A DNA stretch of 64,000 nucleotides from Candidatus Micrarchaeota archaeon (GCA_041694885.1 JBGFRX010000005.1:1-64000); one strand, 5' to 3'; shown: positions 29,701-38,869, numbered from the stretch's first letter. Numbers and translations are program-made. The notes: generated by a model not told the origin, from the sequence alone.

Positions 29701-30561
29701 ACCAATAGGCATGGCTTCAGTTGTCCATGAGAACGGCGCTCCGTTCTGGGGGTACAAAGAACGATGCGTCGTTCTTTGGCATGGGGGAGCGCACCCTACG
29801 CTATCGGGATGTGGCTTCCGCCTAAAGCCATCAATATCGGAAGCCACGGGCTCCTTCAGCTTTGCTGAAGGGATTGCGGACGAAGTCCGCAGGATTAGCC
29901 CGTGGTGCTTCACAAACCCGCACCCGAGGACGCCTCCGGCTGTCCTTAGCTCGGCCATCTGGAATCTTCCGTTGCTCAAGCAGTCCCGGAATCCTGCTGG
30001 AAAATCCGCTGGATTGGACAGATAGAGGCCGTGCATTCCGGAAGTGAAATCCTCATCATCAATCCTCGCGACGAACCCTTCCATCGCGGACAGCCTTTCA
30101 AAGAACCGCTTTTCTGCACGGGCTCTCTGAGTTCGGTTTTTTGTGTACCTCGGAGTGAGCACGAACTCTCCTTCCTTCAGAAAACGGCCTTCCTTCTCGC
30201 TGATTCCGCCTGCTTCATTCACTACGAAGAATTTGTGCTCCGGGGTCGCCTTTATCGCGCTGCCGTCGGAGAGCATTACTGACAGGAGGCTCTGTGTCTG
30301 CCTTTTCCAGACGTGGGAAACTCCTGCCTCGACAATCTCGCATTCCTTTGAGAAAGAGTAGAGTTTTGCATTTTCATTTGAGATGTCTGTAACCCAGCCG
30401 TCACCGCACCACTCGCCTTTTTTGTCTGAAGTCAGCATCTCGTAGAGCTCGTCGGCCCTCATAATCCGGCCATCCGGCAACGGTATGAGAGTGTCTCCGC
30501 TGATGCACTTGCCGTGATCGACGTGCCCAAGCACTGCTATTATTGGAGATCTGATAAGCAT
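26758..30561 (-). CDS. infB: Translation initiation factor aIF5B/IF-2, intein-containing
   Basis: GHVDHGK|T split by intein; GITQ, DTPGHEAF, NKVD, SAKTG, KADSLGS. Confidence 0.96.
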   Translation of the reverse strand: MLIRSPIIAVLGHVDHGKCISGDTLIPLPDGRIMRADELYEMLTSDKKGEWCGDGWVTDISNENAKLYSFSKECEIVEAGVSHVWKRQTQSLLSVMLSDGSAIKATPEHKFFVVNEAGGISEKEGRFLKEGEFVLTPRYTKNRTQRARAEKRFFERLSAMEGFVARIDDEDFTSGMHGLYLSNPADFPAGFRDCLSNGRFQMAELRTAGGVLGCGFVKHHGLILRTSSAIPSAKLKEPVASDIDGFRRKPHPDSVGCAPPCQRTTHRSLYPQNGAPFSWTTEAMPIGEQHWLPRTRGASVRKMTELKNSTHKWRAGHTGPWLPVPQLRDELGYALGLLFGDGVGGVAKLCKNDPEILSAYADAMKKAFGVQVVVRRERTVTAAIHRGGRTLNRMLNEIFDFPARQKSRTIRIPDLVKTGDDSLLANFIAGVFDTDGYASNQGALEITSASRLFVEDLSLALLRFGIRAAYYSKNGYYSLRISGIEDIEKFRRAIPIRSLKKGARLERFLKKARTNRNSDISPISGASIREIRNLPGLAKMEVGIPYQGKYEEYPFVSRAYLSSFKENLTRLLSSAEYRNALKKKIRLLKSLKCRPLSSKEAAAESGLPWVWTVNQLRSFYSDGLVKMKNGQFSLTATGADFCANSGKCRALVRARLQNISRFCSGSDVQAVRISEIVHAESKDYVYDFTVPEHHNFVADRIFAHNTSLLDAVRGTGVAGKEAGGITQMIGASYVARENIEAVSKPVAERMKIKLMVPGILFIDTPGHEAFTNLRERGGSIADMAIVVVDIAQGFQPQTIESIRILKNAKTPFIIAANKVDLVDRWKSQATESFLESLAKQSESTQNNVDERIYGLMGKLSEYGFDSERFDRVKNFTKQVGIVPVSAKTGEGLAELLLLIAGLSQKFLEKELHVDPESPAKGSVMEVKEEKGLGPTVDVIIYDGVLVEGDEIVFLSRAGVKKTKIRALLEPNIRGAKEKFRKAERLVAAAGVKIAAPGLEDAVSGSPLIVAKNYEKDRKEIEAHMKGIIFESAGLGVVVKADSLGSVEAIVKLLRDANVPVKAANVGNVTKGDALLAATVAAQDKYLGAVLAFNVQVLPDAKTAGDEGGAQIIYSNIVYQLLDRYEEWKAEEREREKKQVFEKMSWPCRIRALPNCFFRVSKPAIFGVEVLAGKLRPHVRLMNLDGRVLGEVKTIQKEKESLAEAKKGTQVAISVDEIILGSDVREGDALLVYITKAELEKWKKKSDALSDEEKEIVSEIEALISVVF
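28447..30507 (-). mobile_element. Intein (687 aa) with LAGLIDADG homing endonuclease in infB
   Basis: Starts CISGDT after GHVDHGK; TPEHKF block B; LGLLFGDG and FIAGVFDTDG; VYDFTV...FAHN|T. Confidence 0.95.
29665..29913 (+). mobile_element. 249-bp non-autonomous IS200/IS605-like element inserted in-frame in the infB intein
   Basis: 14-bp perfect TIR TGAAGCACCACGGG/CCCGTGGTGCTTCA; preceded by TCAC and ending TTCAC; GAAGCCACGGGCT...AGCCCGTGG right-end hairpin; several internal perfect hairpins; removal restores GCGF-VRKMTELK. Confidence 0.82.
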
Positions 30562-30640
30562 TTAAGACACCTAATGACATCATGTAAGATAGGGATGGAT
30601 ATATTTTAATTGAGTTGCGAGCGGGAAAAGGGATTCAGGC

Positions 30641-31654
30641 ATGGCGAAAGTCATAATTCCGAAAGATGCTCTGCCTCGCTGGGAAGCGGGCTACGGGATA
30701 ATCGGAAACCATTCAGGAATACAGATATGCACCTGGACGAAAAAAGCCCTAAGGGGAAAGGGCGTATGCTACAAGCAGAAATTCTACGGCGTTGACTGCC
30801 ACAGGTGCGCCCAGATTTCCCCTGCGCTCGCGTGGTGTTCGGAGAATTGCATATTCTGCTGGAGGCCGAACGAATGGATGCAGGAGACGCGGCTGAAGAA
30901 TGACGGGGTTGACGAGCCATCGAAAATAATCGCAGGGGTTCTGGAAAAAAGGAAACGACTCATTTCAGGGCTCAAGGGCGCCCACGATGCGAGGAAGGAC
31001 TTGTGGAAGGAAAGCTTCGACCTTTTTCCGTCGCACTGGGCAATCTCTCTTTCAGGCGAGCCCACCCTTTACCCAAAACTGCCCTGGATGATAAAAGAAT
31101 TGGGAAAGCACCCTGAAGTGAGGAGCATCTTTTTGGTCTCGAACGGCCAGGAGCCCAGGATGATTCTGAAATTGAAAAAGGAGAAGGCGCTGCCCACGCA
31201 ACTCTACATAAGCGTGGATGCGAGCGATGAAAAAATGTTTGCGAAAGTAAACCGGCCGAAATACAAAGACGGGTGGAAGCGGCTTATGAAAACGCTTTCC
31301 CTTCTTCCGAAACTCGATTGCAGAACTGTGCTGCGCTACACGCTCATCAAAGGAGTGAACGATTCCGAAAATGAAATGGAAAAGTTCGCCAGGATATTTG
31401 AAAAGTCAAAGGCTGATTTCATTGAGATAAAGAGCTATATGTTCCTGGGCGACTCGAGGAAGCGGCTCGTTTTTGAAAATATGCCTAAGCACCAATACGT
31501 GAAGGAATATTCTGAAAAAATAGCAGGATTTTTGCATAATTACAAAATAATGGATGAGGACGAGCTCTCCAGAATAGTGCTGCTGAAGAGAACCGGTTCG
31601 CCTTATGAAAACACGATAAAAAAATCGAAAGCGGAAAAGCGGCTTCAGATATGA
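30641..31654 (+). CDS. taw1: 4-demethylwyosine synthase TYW1/Taw1 (radical SAM)
   Basis: CTWTKKAL, CYKQKFYG, CSENCIFCWR, AISLSGEPTLY, KSYMFLG. Confidence 0.94.
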   Translation: MAKVIIPKDALPRWEAGYGIIGNHSGIQICTWTKKALRGKGVCYKQKFYGVDCHRCAQISPALAWCSENCIFCWRPNEWMQETRLKNDGVDEPSKIIAGVLEKRKRLISGLKGAHDARKDLWKESFDLFPSHWAISLSGEPTLYPKLPWMIKELGKHPEVRSIFLVSNGQEPRMILKLKKEKALPTQLYISVDASDEKMFAKVNRPKYKDGWKRLMKTLSLLPKLDCRTVLRYTLIKGVNDSENEMEKFARIFEKSKADFIEIKSYMFLGDSRKRLVFENMPKHQYVKEYSEKIAGFLHNYKIMDEDELSRIVLLKRTGSPYENTIKKSKAEKRLQI

Positions 31655-31765
31655 ACGCGCGTCTATATCCTCTCTGTGCAGATAGTAGCGTAATAAAATT
31701 TGCTTAAATGCCCATTTCGCGGGCCACGAACAAATATATAAAAATATTTACTGCAAATCAGTTCC

Positions 31766-32596
31766 ATGAATTCTGGAAAATTTATCTTCGCGATACTATC
31801 TTTCATCTTTCTCTCGGCATTTGTATTGGTTGCCGGCTGCGCGCAACAGCAGCCCGCGGGCGCGAACGAAAGCGCGCCCCTCAGGTTCAAAGACAGCGCG
31901 CTCGTGGACTACATACTTATCGTGGAAATACCCGATAGCGCAGCAAACGGAAGCAGGAAAGCGGTATACGATACGTCCATCGGGGCAATTGCTAGAGAGA
32001 ACGGCATCTACAATGAAAAAAGGGCATACGGGCCGCTTGCAGTAGAAATGCAGAACGACAACGGCCTTCTTCCAGGATTCACCCGTGCGCTTGTCGGGAT
32101 GAAGGAAGGCGAAAACAAGACGTTCACACTGAACCCGGAAGAGGGCTATGGCATTTACGATTCCAGCAAAGTATTCTCAATAAGCCGGTTCTATAACATG
32201 AGCAGGTACGAGGACATTCCGCTCGCGTATTTCGAGATGAGAAACCTTTCCAGTGCGATCGGCACAAACCTTTCGGGCAAGTTGGGCGTTGCGCAGGTCG
32301 TAAACTCCACGAACGAAACAGTTACGCTGAAATATTTCCCTGCAGAGAACACCACGTTCGTGTTCAACGGGCTTCCACAAAGAGTCGTTTTCTTTGACAA
32401 CGACAGCATACTGATCGAGATAACCGTGCAGCAGGGAACGAAATACATAACTGAATCACCTTCAGGGGATAAGTTCAGCGTTATTGCAACAGCGATGAAC
32501 GAAACCGGCATAATGTTCGACGCGAACAACCCCCTCGCAGGCAAGGAGCTCACATTCACGGTGTTCGTGAGGAAAATAGGGAAAGCGCAGGAGTGA
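31766..32596 (+). CDS. FKBP-type peptidyl-prolyl isomerase, lipoprotein-like
   Basis: LVAGC lipobox; VDY, YDTS, LPGF..ALVGMKEGE, PEEGYG, DANNPLAGKELTF. Confidence 0.88.
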   Translation: MNSGKFIFAILSFIFLSAFVLVAGCAQQQPAGANESAPLRFKDSALVDYILIVEIPDSAANGSRKAVYDTSIGAIARENGIYNEKRAYGPLAVEMQNDNGLLPGFTRALVGMKEGENKTFTLNPEEGYGIYDSSKVFSISRFYNMSRYEDIPLAYFEMRNLSSAIGTNLSGKLGVAQVVNSTNETVTLKYFPAENTTFVFNGLPQRVVFFDNDSILIEITVQQGTKYITESPSGDKFSVIATAMNETGIMFDANNPLAGKELTFTVFVRKIGKAQE

Positions 32597-32607
32597 GTGG
32601 TGGAAGA

Positions 32608-35600
32608 ATGACGGACAAGATAAGGAAAAGGGACGGAAGTGTAGTTGCGTTCGACGCTGGCAAGATAAAAGAGGCAATATGGAAGGCAGTGCAGGCGGTC
32701 GGCGGAAAGGACATGGAGGAATCGGACAGGACCGCTGAATTCGCGGTTAAGCTCCTGAACGAGAAATTCGCCAAAGAAATACCTTCAGTAGAGGATATAC
32801 AGGACATCGTGGAAAAGGCGCTCATAGAGCGCGGGCATGCGACCACTGCGAAGGCGTACATACTCTACAGGCACAAAAAAAGCGTTGAACGGGAAGTTAA
32901 GGGCATAATGGGCGTGAAGGATGACCTCAAGCTCTCGCTCAATTCCATACAGGTCCTGGAGCGCCGCTACCTACTCAAGGACGATTCAGGAAAGATAATG
33001 GAAACACCTGGCGGGATGTTCAGACGGGTCGCGAAGTTCATCGCCTCAGGGGAAAAGGCGTTTGGAGGGGACGAAGAGACGGTGAAGGACTTCGAGGAGG
33101 CGTTTTACGAGGCGATGATAAAGCTGGAATTCATACCCAATTCCCCGACACTGATGAACGCAGGAACAGGGCTCGGCCAGCTCTCAGCATGCTTCGTTCT
33201 CGGCGTCACGGACGACTTGGACGACATATTCGAGACAGTGAAGAACACTGCATTGATACACAAGAGCGGTGGAGGCACCGGCTTTTCCTTCTCTTATCTG
33301 CGCCCCAAGGGCGACTTCGTGAAAAGCACTGCCGGCGTGGCGAGCGGACCAATTTCGTTCATGACCATCTTCGACGTGGCGACTAACGTGGTAAAGCAGG
33401 GTGGCAAGCGCAGAGGCGCGAACATGGGCGTGATGGAAATATGGCATCCTGACATCGAAGAGTTCATCACAGTGAAGCAGACGCCGGGCGTGCTCGAGAA
33501 CTTCAACATCAGCGTGGGTGTGGACAACAGGTTCATGAAGGCGCTCGAAGAGGATAGCGAATATGACCTCATAAACCCAAGGACCGGCCAGCAGGTGAGA
33601 AAGGTGAAGGCAAAGGGCCTGTTCAACCACATCGCCTATTCCGCGTGGAAGTCAGCAGAGCCAGGCATTCTTTTCATGGACACTATAAACAATGCCAATC
33701 CAACTCCAAAAGAAAGGATCGTTGCGACTAATCCTTGCATTTCAGGAGACACGCTTGTGTGCACGAACGAAGGGCTCGTAGAGGCGTCCAAGGTACACAA
33801 TCCTCACCACGTAATCGGCTCCGACGGCAAATACCACCCTGTGCGCTGGGCTGGCCAGACCGGGGAAAAGGAGCTTTTCCTCGTGAAGACGAATGCGGGC
33901 TACGAAGCCAAGGCAACTGCGGAGCACAAATTCCTCACTGAAGGCGGATGGAAAGAGGTGCGCGAACTAACTTCCGAAGACCGGCTTGTGCTCCAGAAAC
34001 AAGGAAAATTCGGAGCAATGCGCATTGACAGGGAGATGGCGCTCGCGCTCGGCTGGCTTGTTAGCTGCAACCATATGTCCAAAGACGCACAGGACGTGAT
34101 ATTTCATTTCGGGGAAGAGGAGAAGGCGGAGCTCCTCCCTGTGTTCAGGGAATATTTCGACCGCATAAACGGAGTGAAAGTGAAGCCGCAGAAAAGCAGG
34201 ACAGGAACGCGGCTTAAATATTCGTCCAAAATAGCTGCGAAATTCCGTGAATTCGGGTTCATGCACCTCAAAGCGCGCGAGAAGGAAGTGCCTTCAGCTG
34301 TCTTTTCAATGAACGAGGAATCAGTGGGGAATTTCCTTTCCGCATTGTTCGGCGCAAGCGGCTCTGTGCAAAGCAACAGCGAAAAGGAAGTAAGCATACG
34401 CCTCTCATCCAGCTCCATCAAGCTGCTCAAGCAGGTGCAGGTGCTTCTCCTTCAGTTCGGCATCGTTTCCAGGGTGTACGAAAGAAGGCGGGGCGGGCAT
34501 GCGAAAATCCTTCCTGATTCGAAAAGACAAAGCAAGGAGTATTCATGCAAGGCCCAGCACGAACTGATGATAAACAGGGCGAGCATGTTCCTGTTCATGA
34601 ACAAGGTTGGTTTTGCGGTTTCATCCAAAAACGAAAAATTCGCGGAGCTTAAGCCCAAAAAGGCATATTCGGATGATATGGATAGTTCGGTTGCCTCTGT
34701 CACGAGCGCAGGATTCGCGCCTGTATACGACCTCACCGAGCCGCAAACGCATTCATTTTCCGCGAATGGCCTCATAGTGCATAATTGCGGCGAAGTCCCG
34801 ATGCCCAATTATGAGTCATGCAACCTCGCGAGCATAAACCTCGCGAAATTCGTGGAAATCGACTGGAGCAGGAGCGACTGGAAAAGGAAGATCAACTGGA
34901 AGCGCCTGCGCTACATAGTCCGGCTCGGCGTGCAGTTCCTCGACAACGTCATCGAGCTGAACAAATACCCGATTCCGAAAATAAAGGAGAAGACGCTCTA
35001 CAACAGGCGCATAGGGCTCGGCGTGATGGGCTTCGCGAAGATGCTCTTTAAGATGGGGATAAAGTACGATTCCGACGAGGCGTTTAGGATAGGGGAAGAA
35101 GTGATGAAATTCATAACCGAGGAGGCGAGAAAGATGAGCCATGAGCTCGGAAGGGCGCGCGGCTCCTTCCCCGGCTTCGCGGACTCCGTGTGGGCGAAGA
35201 AATACGATGGGATGCGCAATGCGACCGTGACCTCGATAGCTCCAACAGGGACCATTTCGATGATTGCGGACACTTCAAGCGGTATAGAGCCGGTGTTCTC
35301 GCTCGCGTACGTGAAGATAGTGATGGATGGCACCCGGCTCTATTATTCAGACGACACGTTCGAGCACGTGCTCAAGGTAAGGGGGCTGTACTCGCCAGAG
35401 CTGATGCAAAAGGTAATAGAAAGCGGGAGCATCGCAGGGATGGAGGAAATCCCGAAGGAAGTGACGGAAATATTCCGGGTCGCGTACGACGTGCGGCCAG
35501 AGGCGCACGTGCGCATGCAGGCCGCGTTCCAGAAATACACGGACCTGGCGGTGAGCAAGACCATAAACCTGCCTCCGGACGCCACAGTCGAGGACGTGCA

Positions 35601-35760
35601 GAGCGCGTACATGCTTGCATGGAGAACCGGGTGCAAGGGAATTACCGTTTACAGGGAAGGAAGCAGGGGCGAGGGCGTGCTCGCGAAGGTCAAGCCAGTT
35701 CCAAAGGCAGCGCCTGCTCCTGAAAATCCGAACCCTGTGCAGGAGAGGAACGGACAATAG
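32608..35760 (+). CDS. nrdJ: Class II (B12-dependent) ribonucleotide reductase with ATP cone, intein-containing
   Basis: KRDG ATP cone, PNSPTLMNAG, LSACF, GGGTG, RRGANM, TNP|CGE, IAPTGTIS, SSGIEP, KGITVYR. Confidence 0.93.
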   Translation: MTDKIRKRDGSVVAFDAGKIKEAIWKAVQAVGGKDMEESDRTAEFAVKLLNEKFAKEIPSVEDIQDIVEKALIERGHATTAKAYILYRHKKSVEREVKGIMGVKDDLKLSLNSIQVLERRYLLKDDSGKIMETPGGMFRRVAKFIASGEKAFGGDEETVKDFEEAFYEAMIKLEFIPNSPTLMNAGTGLGQLSACFVLGVTDDLDDIFETVKNTALIHKSGGGTGFSFSYLRPKGDFVKSTAGVASGPISFMTIFDVATNVVKQGGKRRGANMGVMEIWHPDIEEFITVKQTPGVLENFNISVGVDNRFMKALEEDSEYDLINPRTGQQVRKVKAKGLFNHIAYSAWKSAEPGILFMDTINNANPTPKERIVATNPCISGDTLVCTNEGLVEASKVHNPHHVIGSDGKYHPVRWAGQTGEKELFLVKTNAGYEAKATAEHKFLTEGGWKEVRELTSEDRLVLQKQGKFGAMRIDREMALALGWLVSCNHMSKDAQDVIFHFGEEEKAELLPVFREYFDRINGVKVKPQKSRTGTRLKYSSKIAAKFREFGFMHLKAREKEVPSAVFSMNEESVGNFLSALFGASGSVQSNSEKEVSIRLSSSSIKLLKQVQVLLLQFGIVSRVYERRRGGHAKILPDSKRQSKEYSCKAQHELMINRASMFLFMNKVGFAVSSKNEKFAELKPKKAYSDDMDSSVASVTSAGFAPVYDLTEPQTHSFSANGLIVHNCGEVPMPNYESCNLASINLAKFVEIDWSRSDWKRKINWKRLRYIVRLGVQFLDNVIELNKYPIPKIKEKTLYNRRIGLGVMGFAKMLFKMGIKYDSDEAFRIGEEVMKFITEEARKMSHELGRARGSFPGFADSVWAKKYDGMRNATVTSIAPTGTISMIADTSSGIEPVFSLAYVKIVMDGTRLYYSDDTFEHVLKVRGLYSPELMQKVIESGSIAGMEEIPKEVTEIFRVAYDVRPEAHVRMQAAFQKYTDLAVSKTINLPPDATVEDVQSAYMLAWRTGCKGITVYREGSRGEGVLAKVKPVPKAAPAPENPNPVQERNGQ
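33736..34785 (+). mobile_element. Intein (350 aa) in nrdJ with degenerate LAGLIDADG domain
   Basis: TNP|CISGDT...TAEHKF...VYDLT...IVHN|CGE. Confidence 0.94.
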
Positions 35761-35794
35761 GCATTTCCAGTTCCGTATTTTGGGTTCCATCCAT

Positions 35795-37219
35795 TCAGTC
35801 CGCACACTCAATTATTTCCCTTATTATTTTCTCCACTTCCTTCGCGTCCACAGTTCCCTGCGCTTTCCCCAACACCTTTCCAACCAAAAAGAAGATGGAT
35901 TTGGCATTTCCGGCTTTATAGTCCGCAACAGCTTTCCGGTTCTCCTTCACTGCATCTTCGCATGCCTTCCTGAGCGCGCTGGCATCGGAGCTCTTCAGCA
36001 GCCCCAAATCACCAGCTATGTCGTGCGGCATCTCCTTGAGTTCAATATAGCTGCTGCTTTCCCGCACCTTGACCAAAACATCACTATCGAGCATCCTTAT
36101 CAGTATCATGTCCGCTGCCCTGTCGGTAATTTTTCCGGATGAAAGCATCCCGTAAAGCTCTCCAAGGTGCTTTCCGTTCAGCCCGCTGCTCCTGAATAGA
36201 AGGTTCCGATAATTGAGCTGCTTTCTCAAAGGTCCCCGCATCCAGTTTGCCAGCTTCTGCGGCTCGAATTTTCCTGATTTCGCAAGCAATTCGTAAACGT
36301 CGGCGAATTCCCTTTCAATTACCAATACTACTGCATCAACAGGAGTTATCCCGTAATCTTTCGCAATGCGTTTCGCCCTGTCATCAGGCAATTCCGCAAC
36401 CTCTTCCCCGGCGGTTTTCCATTCAACAGCAGAAACGACGAGTGGAGGAATGTCCGGGTCAGGCACGTACCTGTAATCATCAGCCGTCTCCTTTTTCCTG
36501 AGCCGCACAGTTATTCCACTGTTCTCGTCGAAGTGCCTTGTTTCCTGCGTTATCCTTGCACCCTGCTCAATCTGGGTTTTTTGCCTCTTCAGCTCGAAAG
36601 AGAGCGCATCATATACGTTTGAAAAGGAGTTGATGTTCTTTATTTCCACCCTTGCACCCTCCCCGATACTCACGTTCGCATCTATTCTCATCGTTCCCAC
36701 TTCGTCCTTTATCGCGTTGAAATAGCGCAGATACCATTCGAGCTTACCCAAAAACTCCTTCGCGTCCTCAGGACTCCGCATGTCCGGCGCAGTGACTATT
36801 TCCACGAGCGGGACCCCGCTTCTGTTGTAATCGACAAAGCCCTTCCTGAGCTCGTACCTTCCCGGATCTTCCTCGAAATGCACCTCCCAGATCCCGATCC
36901 CATTGAGCGTTCCGCGTTTTGCCACCGGCTTTGAGGTGCGCTGGTAGCCCGAAGGCAGATCAGGGTAAAAATAGTGCTTCCTCTGAACGAAAATTTCCTT
37001 TTCGAGCTCGGGCTCAGCGCCGAGCATTTTCGCAATCCTCAGGACATGCGAAAGCGCCTGCTTGTTCACTGCCATGGGCTTTGCTCCGGGCTGACCGGTG
37101 CATATTGGGCAAATATTCGCGTTCGGCTCAGCATGCCCGTAGTTCGTTGGGCACTCGCAGAACATTTTCCCTTCACTGTTGAGCTGGACGTGGATTTCGA
37201 GCCCTATTACTGCGTTCAT
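35795..37219 (-). CDS. gatB: Asp-tRNA(Asn)/Glu-tRNA(Gln) amidotransferase subunit B
   Basis: IGLEIHVQL, RKHYFYPDLP, EEDPG, NRSGVPLVEIV, DYRYVPDPDIP. Confidence 0.96.
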   Translation of the reverse strand: MNAVIGLEIHVQLNSEGKMFCECPTNYGHAEPNANICPICTGQPGAKPMAVNKQALSHVLRIAKMLGAEPELEKEIFVQRKHYFYPDLPSGYQRTSKPVAKRGTLNGIGIWEVHFEEDPGRYELRKGFVDYNRSGVPLVEIVTAPDMRSPEDAKEFLGKLEWYLRYFNAIKDEVGTMRIDANVSIGEGARVEIKNINSFSNVYDALSFELKRQKTQIEQGARITQETRHFDENSGITVRLRKKETADDYRYVPDPDIPPLVVSAVEWKTAGEEVAELPDDRAKRIAKDYGITPVDAVVLVIEREFADVYELLAKSGKFEPQKLANWMRGPLRKQLNYRNLLFRSSGLNGKHLGELYGMLSSGKITDRAADMILIRMLDSDVLVKVRESSSYIELKEMPHDIAGDLGLLKSSDASALRKACEDAVKENRKAVADYKAGNAKSIFFLVGKVLGKAQGTVDAKEVEKIIREIIECAD

Positions 37220-38574
37220 TTCTTATCCAACCTCTCTATCTCTTCCATCACTCCGAATACCTTTCCTTCCTCAAACCGGCTTCCCAAAACCTGCATCCCG
37301 GGCCTGAATTTACCTATTTTCCCAAAAGGCACGGAACCAGCAGGGATTCCTGCAAGGTTTGCAGGAACAGTCAATATATCAGCGAGGTACATTTCCAACG
37401 GATTCCCCATCTTCTCCCCGATCTTCCAGGGCAGCGTGCTCATAGTGGGCCCGAGCAAAACATCGTGCTTCCCGAGCACGGCCTCGATTTCCCTCTTCAG
37501 CACTGCTCTTGCCCTGAGCGTTTTCCCATACCATTCCTCCTGGTACTCCTTCGTGGTTATGAACGTACCGAGAAGAATCCTCCGCTTCACTTCCAGTCCG
37601 AATTTGTCGCCGCGCAGTTCAGCAACCGCTTCTGCAAAATTCTCGAATTCGCGCCCTGTTTTCCCATACCTCAAGCCATCGTATTTCTGCATTGCGCTCG
37701 AGAATTCCGCGAAAACGGTCAGGTAATAGATCGGAATCGCATGCCTTATTGCCGGGATCGAAACCTCGGAAATTCTGTAGCTCTCAGCACCCAGTTTATC
37801 CGTGAGCGAATGGAAAATTTTTGAAATACGTTCATCACAGCCATCCAAAAATTCCTTTGCAACTGCGATGCCCGGCTTTCCGGAATAATCCAATTCGACT
37901 TTCCCAACTGCATGTGTGCTCTGATCCCGCTCATCCATTCCCCCAATTGCCGAAAGCATGAGTTTGGCATCCTTCACGCTTGAAGCGAGCGACCCAATCT
38001 GGTCCAATGACATTGCCATGTCCGTAAGCCCATAGCGCGAAACCAGCCCATAAGTGGGTTTCATGCCCACTGTTCCGCAGAACGAAGCCGGGCACCTTAT
38101 CGAGCCGCCCGTATCCGAGCCAAGAGCCATATCAGCAAAGCCAGCAGCAACCGCAGCAGCGCTTCCTCCACTACTCCCCCCAGTCACATATTCGCTGTCA
38201 AGAGGGTTCCTGCTCGGGAAAAACGCGCTTTTGGTGCAGTCGCTTCCGCACGCGAACTCGTCCATGTTCGCGCTTCCCATGAGTATGCCGTCTTCCGCCT
38301 CTATGCGTTCTATTACCGTAGCGTTGTAGGGTGCGATATATTTCTCGAGCATTTTCGAGCCGCACGTGAGCCGCTTTCCTTTTACTGCGATATTGTTCTT
38401 CACTATGATTGCTTTTCCTGCAAGCACCCCTGGTTTCTTCCCTTCCTTCGCCTTTTCGTCCAGTTCCCTTGCCTTTGCGAGCGCCTCTGCTTCGTAAATT
38501 TCGAGGAAAGTGTGCAGCCGGGCGTCTTCCTTCTGTATTTTGTCCAGCAATTTGGAGATGCGCTCGTAGTGCAT
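37216..38574 (-). CDS. gatA: Amidotransferase subunit A
   Basis: NMDEFA, GGSSGGSAAAV, SDTGGSIRCPA, EVKRRILLG, MYLADILT. Confidence 0.95.
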   Translation of the reverse strand: MHYERISKLLDKIQKEDARLHTFLEIYEAEALAKARELDEKAKEGKKPGVLAGKAIIVKNNIAVKGKRLTCGSKMLEKYIAPYNATVIERIEAEDGILMGSANMDEFACGSDCTKSAFFPSRNPLDSEYVTGGSSGGSAAAVAAGFADMALGSDTGGSIRCPASFCGTVGMKPTYGLVSRYGLTDMAMSLDQIGSLASSVKDAKLMLSAIGGMDERDQSTHAVGKVELDYSGKPGIAVAKEFLDGCDERISKIFHSLTDKLGAESYRISEVSIPAIRHAIPIYYLTVFAEFSSAMQKYDGLRYGKTGREFENFAEAVAELRGDKFGLEVKRRILLGTFITTKEYQEEWYGKTLRARAVLKREIEAVLGKHDVLLGPTMSTLPWKIGEKMGNPLEMYLADILTVPANLAGIPAGSVPFGKIGKFRPGMQVLGSRFEEGKVFGVMEEIERLDKK

Positions 38575-38578
38575 GAAA

Positions 38579-38869
38579 TCAATCCAGCGTTTTGGGCGCT
38601 ACAAGAAGGCGGCTGCTCTTTTGCGTGAAATTCTCCACTATTGCGTCAACTTCGCCCTTTGCCCTGACTTTCGCTGAGTCGCTCCGAAGCCCGCCCTTTG
38701 CTCCGGTTACGTAGAAAAGCTGCCCGCCTTTCCCGCAGATTTCGCTTATACGCGAGAAATAGCCGAAAATGTCTGCGAACTCCTTTTCCAACTGCACGAT
38801 TTCCAGCTCGCTGAGTTTCACGCGCGAAAGCTCAGCCATTTTTCCCACAAGTTCCTTATCAACTTTCAT
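38579..38869 (-). CDS. gatC: Amidotransferase subunit C
   Basis: Size, position upstream of gatA, LSRVKLS..E, LRSD, APK. Confidence 0.85.
   Translation of the reverse strand: MKVDKELVGKMAELSRVKLSELEIVQLEKEFADIFGYFSRISEICGKGGQLFYVTGAKGGLRSDSAKVRAKGEVDAIVENFTQKSSRLLVAPKTLD

Noticed and set aside
30487..33756. Both inteins start with CISGDTL, suggesting recent duplication
   Set aside because: Codons differ, the remainder is dissimilar, and this is a common intein block A sequence
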